A stretch of DNA of 21,345 nucleotides from positions 2,055,967 to 2,077,311 of the forward strand of contig BCKQ01000002.1 of assembly GCA_001600695.1 (NCBI GenBank), written 5' to 3'. The position numbers and the translations under genes were made by a program. Under the pieces are notes generated by a model. That model was not told the origin of the DNA. It saw only the letters and a program-made list of their open reading frames with translations, and did no database searches. This stretch comes from Ascoidea asiatica JCM 7603 (lineage: Eukaryota; Fungi; Ascomycota). Shown here in pieces: positions 19,833 through 21,345 of this stretch. How positions within the stretch are numbered: position 1 is the stretch's first letter; the number at the start of each line of letters is the position of its first letter.

Positions 19833-20331
19833 TCTGTACGACAAGATTTAATTGATTATTGTTTGAACAATTATAGATTTGAACGTCAGATTTTTCAAAT
19901 TATAGTATTATCTAAATGGATTTATTGAGATATATATATATAGATATATTCTTGTTATATAAATGAATTGCAATTCCTTTAGCAATAACAATAATGTTTA
20001 TTTTATTTTATTGATGTTTATTTTATTTTTTTGCCTGAGATAAGCTTCTTTATTAGAATTCAGTTTGTTAGATCCTATTCCTTCTGGAATCAGCCACTAA
20101 TAGAGCCTCTTTGCACTTTCCACTCTGCGGATAGTGACACTAATGTGGCGCTACATATGGCTTTTTATTTCTCATTAACGCCACAGTTTCAACACGCAAA
20201 TAGAAGCCACTCTGATGGTTCTTTGTGGTGCAATAAGAGTCCATATATTTGGGTGTTCTTTTTGTAATGGAAACAGCGATTAACAGGGTAGAGAAAAAGC
20301 ACAAGGTGAGCTACGATATCAAAAAAACCTA

Positions 20332-20466
20332 TTAAAGTATTAGAAATAAAAAGTATTAAAAACATTAAAAGTATTAAAAGTATTAAAAGTATTAAAAGTA
20401 TAGGTATTAGAATTAAAAGAATTAAAAGAAATAAAAGTATTAAAAAAAGTATAAGTATTAAAAGTA
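20332..20466. repeat. 9-bp minisatellite (AAAAGTATT)n, perfect core 20367-20393, degenerate flanks
   Basis: Read directly: three consecutive perfect units plus variants AAAAACATT and AAAAGAATT. Confidence 0.9.
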
Positions 20467-20746
20467 AAATTAGAACGATAAGATAAAAACAAGCGAATCA
20501 AAAGCATAAGAACGAAACGAAGCATCAACAGATAGTATATAGTAAATACAACTAAGGTTAAAAACACAATTTCAAAAAAAAGGAAAAAAAAGCAAAACAC
20601 AAATAAAAAAAATACTAGATTCATGAAATCTAAAATCAAATCATGGAAATTGTAGAAGACTTTTAAAAACAAAAAATAATATAATTCAGAGTAAGTTTCC
20701 ATGATTTCAATATAAACACCTATGAGTAATAGATAGATAACTTTTA

Positions 20747-21345
20747 TTATTCCTGAGAGATGACTTTAAATTCTTCAATATGGGAGTTATAGTCTTTTAG
20801 TTGTTCTTGACCTTTATTTGCATTTGGGATTCTTCTATGTTTACCACCAAACTTATGAAAATAATAGATAAAAAGTTTAGTAGCATCTTCTTTTCCATAC
20901 ATGTTTTTCAGATTGCTTAAAAAAATACCGCAGGCATTGCATAATCTGGGCCAAACCGATGGTCCTGTTCTTTTTTGAGCAGATTCTTTAGTATGACAAC
21001 GATTGCAATTAATAATTTTATTTTTACTTGTAGTTTTTTTGCCTGTATTACTATTACCAACATTTTTACCAGTGGCAATAACAGTTTTTTTTTTTTTTTT
21101 TTTTAAAGGTGTTGCAACCTGATTAACTTTAATGACCTTATGAGGTTTTTCTTTGTCTGAAATAACTTTTTCTCCATGACTTGTTGATTTATTTGGAGAT
21201 ACACTTAAAGATGTCAAAGAAGAATTACTGGAAGTATTTGGAGATACATTTAAAGATGTTAAAGAAGAATTACTGGAAGTATTTGGAGCAGCTAAAGAAG
21301 AATTACTGGGAGTATTTGGAGTAGCTAAAGAAGAATTACTGGGAG
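20747..21345 (-). CDS. GATA zinc-finger transcription factor, divergent Gat2/Brg1-like; 5'-partial (continues beyond window)
   Basis: C-X2-C-X18-C-X2-C finger CNRCHTKESAQKRTGPSVWPRLCNACG at 21007-20930, followed by K.YG..A..L..Y...RRIP as in Gat2-type proteins. The frame stays open from the TTG at 21217 to the window edge. Confidence 0.8.
   Translation of the reverse strand, partial: PSNSSLATPNTPSNSSLAAPNTSSNSSLTSLNVSPNTSSNSSLTSLSVSPNKSTSHGEKVISDKEKPHKVIKVNQVATPLKKKKKKTVIATGKNVGNSNTGKKTTSKNKIINCNRCHTKESAQKRTGPSVWPRLCNACGIFLSNLKNMYGKEDATKLFIYYFHKFGGKHRRIPNANKGQEQLKDYNSHIEEFKVISQE
21191..21345 (-). repeat. Coding minisatellite, 33-bp and 45-bp units encoding PNT[PS]SNSSL plus A[TA] or TSL[NS]VS
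   Basis: Core AAAGAAGAATTACTGG[AG]AG seen four times on the + strand; the array is truncated by the window end. Confidence 0.9.

Noticed and set aside
19833-19844. TTG start of SNX4 in the ORF track
   Set aside because: Eukaryotic gene with an in-frame ATG four codons downstream at 19832.
323-21345. Functional gene cluster linking all seven genes
   Set aside because: Functions are unrelated (stress, mitochondria, wall, splicing, redox, trafficking, transcription) and no transposon or horizontal-transfer boundary is visible.

Overview
Very AT-rich eukaryotic DNA from a budding yeast (Saccharomycotina). The near-total avoidance of in-frame CTG suggests a CUG-reassigned lineage such as Ascoidea/Saccharomycopsis or Pachysolen, which is an inference. 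Seven protein genes: (1) HSP30/YRO2-type opsin-related membrane protein; (2) a two-exon MTP18/MTFP1-like gene that the ORF track truncates (exon 1 3932-3795, intron 3794-3657 with a perfect TACTAAC, exon 2 3656-2283, about 503 aa, with large basic or repetitive insertions); (3) a secreted, non-GPI GH76 alpha-1,6-mannanase-like protein on a Ser/Thr stalk; (4) spliceosomal helicase BRR2; (5) a CpSADH/CPCR2-like Zn-dependent secondary alcohol dehydrogenase; (6) sorting nexin SNX4/ATG24; (7) the 3' part of a divergent Gat2/Brg1-like GATA gene running off the window. I recognised no tRNA, rRNA, CRISPR array or transposon, and no clear multi-gene novel system. The best leads are the remodelled MTP18-like protein, the CTG signal, the GH76 gene with palindromic Rim101/PacC-type sites upstream, a hairpin-rich GC island at about 7.36-7.68 kb, and the GATA gene with an in-frame A20 tract. 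All family assignments come from motif recognition, not database searches.
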